Positions 61,235 through 64,000 of a DNA stretch of 64,000 nt are shown one piece after another. How positions within the stretch are numbered: position 1 is the first letter of the stretch; each line of letters begins with the position of its first letter. Origin of the DNA: an uncultured virus (IMG/VR IMGVR_UViG_3300009618_000004). Taxonomy: Duplodnaviria; Heunggongvirae; Uroviricota; Caudoviricetes. The translations under genes were made by a program, and so were the position numbers. Location of the stretch: IMG/VR virus record IMGVR_UViG_3300009618_000004; one strand, 5' to 3'. The notes below the pieces were generated by a model. That model was given only the letters and a program-made list of their open reading frames with translations. It was not told the DNA's origin and searched no databases.

Positions 61235-61464
61235 TCGACTATCCTCTTGAGAAGTCCCATTGCGCCGGCGTGAAGCCAGAACAGGAATCCGTTCACCATC
61301 CATGAACTCTGCTCCAACGTGAGACCGTTGTCGAGCGAGAACTGGCTCTCATCATCCTTCTCCGGCTTGAGGGTGTAGATGATAAGAATCTTGTCGATCT
61401 CTTCCGCGCGCGCCGCAATAGTCGCGGCCAGGTCCACGATACTTTCGATGTGCTCGGAGTTCAT
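61231..61464 (-). CDS. Hypothetical protein
   Basis: Coupled ORF. Confidence 0.65.
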   Translation of the reverse strand: MNSEHIESIVDLAATIAARAEEIDKILIIYTLKPEKDDESQFSLDNGLTLEQSSWMVNGFLFWLHAGAMGLLKRIVE

Positions 61465-61853
61465 GCGACCCCTTTCCTGCGATGCGAACCTGGCTTTGGT
61501 CCCCGCTTGCGCGCGCACATTACCTTGATGCGCTCCAGCAATTCGACCATCGACGGCCGGAAAAGGCAAACGTCAGGCGCCTGGGTCAATGGCAATCCGC
61601 CGGCTTTCTCTGAGAGTACGATCGACGGCGTGCGCGGACAGATTTGCTTGGCGCTGGCCAGCATATCGTCCAGGTTCTCTACGGGGCACTGGCAGAGCAA
61701 AAGGTCAAAGCCCAGGTCGGGGAGAACTTTGATCGCGCTTTGCGCTGTCTCCTCGGCAATGACTCTGTATCTGTTAGTGGTAAGCGCATACTTTAATACA
61801 CCAAGATTCTCGGTGTTATTGCCTACCAGCAGGATGAGTTTCTTCGGCCTCAC
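61461..61853 (-). CDS. Degenerate response-regulator receiver domain protein
   Basis: ILLVGNN...L...L....YRV...A..A......FDLLLCQ.P...TPSIVLS...ELLERIK; the acidic pocket is missing. Confidence 0.8.
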   Translation of the reverse strand: MRPKKLILLVGNNTENLGVLKYALTTNRYRVIAEETAQSAIKVLPDLGFDLLLCQCPVENLDDMLASAKQICPRTPSIVLSEKAGGLPLTQAPDVCLFRPSMVELLERIKVMCARKRGPKPGSHRRKGVA

Positions 61854-62020
61854 GCGGCCTTCTTGTGCAGCGGGTAGTCTTGCGGAAATCCGCACTGGGC
61901 GCAGCCATTGTGACAAGGCTTTCCCATCGTCACAAACTGATGAGCATCCGCGGGTTCGACAACCGGAGGCGGAAAGCGCCAGCCGCTGAAAGTGAATATC
62001 GGCTTCGTGTTGGTTTGCAT
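61850..62020 (-). CDS. Small His/Cys-containing protein with its own promoter
   Basis: RBS AGGAGG. Upstream TTGCTA-17-TAGTAT at 62038-62066. Confidence 0.65.
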   Translation of the reverse strand: MQTNTKPIFTFSGWRFPPPVVEPADAHQFVTMGKPCHNGCAQCGFPQDYPLHKKAA

Positions 62021-62069
62021 GGCAACCTCCTGAATGCATACTACGCATATTTGCGGAAAATAGCAAGCG

Positions 62070-62435
62070 TTATTTTTCAACATACACGCGGCTGGTCCAG
62101 ATGGCGTGGAGGTTACCGTTCTTCTCCGGCCGTATGCTTCGCGCGAATCGATCTGTCCTCGCCAGTATCCCCATCTGGGCTCCGCGTTTCATTGCCGGGC
62201 CGATCGCGGCCAGGTTATGCGTCTCGGGCGGATTGGGCAGCGTCTCTATCTCGGCGAGCACGTCGTCGCTGGTGATCTCCGCTTTTTTGCGCGCCGCGGC
62301 CAATACGCAGCCGTCGAACACGTGGCGCCAGCGCTGGTTCGCGTTTTCGTCCGCCTGCTTCATGCCGTCATAGATCCGCGCCTGGGCTGCCGGCGGAAGA
62401 CGCTGGGTGAAATCCAGAGCGTATTGCTGCATCAT
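62070..62435 (-). CDS. Conserved phage hypothetical (winged-helix-like) protein
   Basis: ITSDDV...AIG.AM.R.A..G...S.R...N.....W.S. Confidence 0.7.
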   Translation of the reverse strand: MMQQYALDFTQRLPPAAQARIYDGMKQADENANQRWRHVFDGCVLAAARKKAEITSDDVLAEIETLPNPPETHNLAAIGPAMKRGAQMGILARTDRFARSIRPEKNGNLHAIWTSRVYVEK

Positions 62436-62629
62436 TGAGCCCTCCGTGGCTCATACTCCACCGCCCGCTCACGCCAGTCTGCGCAATGCGCAATCCGAGC
62501 ATGTTCCTCGTTGTCTTTCGCTACAAGTTTCTCCGCCGTCGCCTGTTTCAACTTAAAGCCGACCACCTGCAACGGCCGCCAAGTCCGCCCCGCGTCTTCG
62601 CTCCGCTCGATAATCCAGATGGAAGTCAT
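62432..62629 (-). CDS. Small hypothetical protein, paralog of 9090-9269
   Basis: SIWIIERSEDAGRTW...RAVEY. Confidence 0.7.
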   Translation of the reverse strand: MTSIWIIERSEDAGRTWRPLQVVGFKLKQATAEKLVAKDNEEHARIAHCADWRERAVEYEPRRAQ

Positions 62630-64000
62630 TAGATCACCTCAATCTCATTCAGCAGTGGCGCAGCCTCGCGGATGCGTTTCTCGGCCATTGCTGCATAGAC
62701 CGGGTTCAACTCGATTCCAATGAACTCGCGGCCATACCGCAGCGCCACCACGCCGGTTGTACCACTGCCGCTGAAAGGGTCGAGCACCGTGCCCGCCGGT
62801 TCAATCGGGCAGTGACAGGACTTTTCGGCTGGCTTGATGTGCCCATATCCCAACAAGAGGTCCAGCAAATCCGATGGAAGGGGCCGTGCGCCGGAAAGGT
62901 CAGTGCGAATGTAATGGGCGAACGCCGGGCCGCAAAGTGCTGCAATCTTTTCCCGGTTAGGGTGAGTGCGCAGTTGCTCGGCATATTGCCGCTGCTCATA
63001 CCGTGTGATCGGGCGCGTTCCTTCGTCGGAACGGCGAGGCCGTGACATGCCAGCGCGTCCGATTTCCAGCGTAGGGTCATCTATCGGCCCTGACCCGGTG
63101 GGAGTTTCAATGACCTCGCAACAGTTGCAACGCTTGCCGGCAGGCGGGCAGCCTGCCAGAATGCACGGCACGATCAACTCTTCAGGGAAGGTGGCGAAGT
63201 GGGCTTCCTTGTACGGCTGTGTGGCGACGGTCCAGACATCACGCTTGTTGCGGGTCTCCCAAGGCACATCGGCAATCTTCATCAACCCCGCAGCAGTGCG
63301 ATGCTCCTCGCTGTCGCTGCCCTCATATTCAGTCACCAATTTATGCGACTTGTTGCCTGCGGTTCGAGGCTTATTGGACGACCGGCCAAGCTGATGCTCC
63401 GCCGTCTTCCCATTGTTGAACTTGTTGCCTTTGAAACTGCGTGGCTCGCCCCCATGCTGCTGATCTTCTGGCCGTCCGTCTAATTCCCATGCGCCCTTGC
63501 TGGTGTATGGACGCCGCGGATCGCAAGTTGCTGAAGGCTCTTTGATGGCATCGAAATCAAAGTAGTAACGTGGCGACTTGGTTAATAGAAACAGGTACTC
63601 GTGGCTCTTGGTGCAGCGATCGGTGACGCTCTCCGGCATCGGGTTCGGTTTGGCCCAGATAATGTCCTGGCGCAGATACCAGCCGTCGGCGCGCAGAGCA
63701 AAGGCCAGCATCCATGGGATGCCTACTAGGTCTTTAGGTTTAATTGTTTCATGCCGTCCATCTGAGGGGCGTTTGCTCATTTGAACAGTTCCACCAGATT
63801 GAACATAACCTCTTGCTTCAGCGGTTGCTCGTGCCTTACTGCTTCCGTTTTCTCCTTTTCCTCCCCAATAGGAATCTCCGATATTAAGCCATAAAGTTCC
63901 GTCACTCCGCAGAACTCGTCGCACCTCACGAAAGACCGCAACCATGCGACAGACGTAGCACTCTCCACACTCCGCCGGCTCAAAAAACTGCTTCAAATCG
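62629..64000 (-). CDS. DNA amino-methyltransferase (N4-C/N6-A, beta class), 5'-partial
   Basis: [38 protein letters not shown] and [12 protein letters not shown]; the N-terminus lies beyond the window. Confidence 0.95.
   Translation of the reverse strand, partial: DLKQFFEPAECGECYVCRMVAVFREVRRVLRSDGTLWLNIGDSYWGGKGENGSSKARATAEARGYVQSGGTVQMSKRPSDGRHETIKPKDLVGIPWMLAFALRADGWYLRQDIIWAKPNPMPESVTDRCTKSHEYLFLLTKSPRYYFDFDAIKEPSATCDPRRPYTSKGAWELDGRPEDQQHGGEPRSFKGNKFNNGKTAEHQLGRSSNKPRTAGNKSHKLVTEYEGSDSEEHRTAAGLMKIADVPWETRNKRDVWTVATQPYKEAHFATFPEELIVPCILAGCPPAGKRCNCCEVIETPTGSGPIDDPTLEIGRAGMSRPRRSDEGTRPITRYEQRQYAEQLRTHPNREKIAALCGPAFAHYIRTDLSGARPLPSDLLDLLLGYGHIKPAEKSCHCPIEPAGTVLDPFSGSGTTGVVALRYGREFIGIELNPVYAAMAEKRIREAAPLLNEIEVI

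Larger units (their letters stand above)
1..64000. mobile_element. Temperate tailed phage / prophage genome segment (podovirus-like virion module), probable Acidobacteriota host
   Basis: Terminase, portal, scaffold, capsid, tail-tubular and ejection proteins, integrase, RecT and DnaB are all present. Genes are densely packed with ATGA overlaps and there are no host housekeeping operons. Confidence 0.95.

Overview
The whole 64-kb window is the genome of a tailed dsDNA bacteriophage or prophage. It is temperate (tyrosine integrase), and both ends are truncated inside genes. Almost all genes lie on the minus strand. From left to right: (i) an early/accessory, recombination and replication region (LRR-like repeat protein, integrase, RHH regulator, Acb2/Tad1-like protein, acyl carrier protein, DnaB helicase, KTSC and cold-shock proteins, PD-(D/E)XK exonuclease, ASCH, DUF5131, RecT); (ii) a podovirus-type virion module (3403-aa polyvalent ejection protein, internal proteins, GNAT, nozzle/tail-tubular protein, three adaptor-like proteins, decoration proteins, major capsid, scaffold, portal, large and small terminase); (iii) a short plus-strand replication/methyltransferase block; (iv) a second accessory region (MmcB-like and Vsr-like nucleases, ASCH-like protein, HigA-like HTH, degenerate response regulator, second methyltransferase). 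Recalled sequence signatures in DnaB, the integrase, the receiver protein and the basic protein suggest an Acidobacteriota host (inference, not searched). The most striking element is an intein in the DNA methyltransferase whose HNH homing endonuclease is encoded in an overlapping +1 frame rather than in the intein frame. Also notable are a scaffold-tail/capsid-fragment chimeric protein, a phage ACP coupled to a putative immune-signal sponge, two related structured intergenic RNAs, probable ACG and ATT start codons, and several leaderless promoters. No tRNA, rRNA, CRISPR array or obvious endolysin was recognised. All family assignments come from motif recognition, not database searches.
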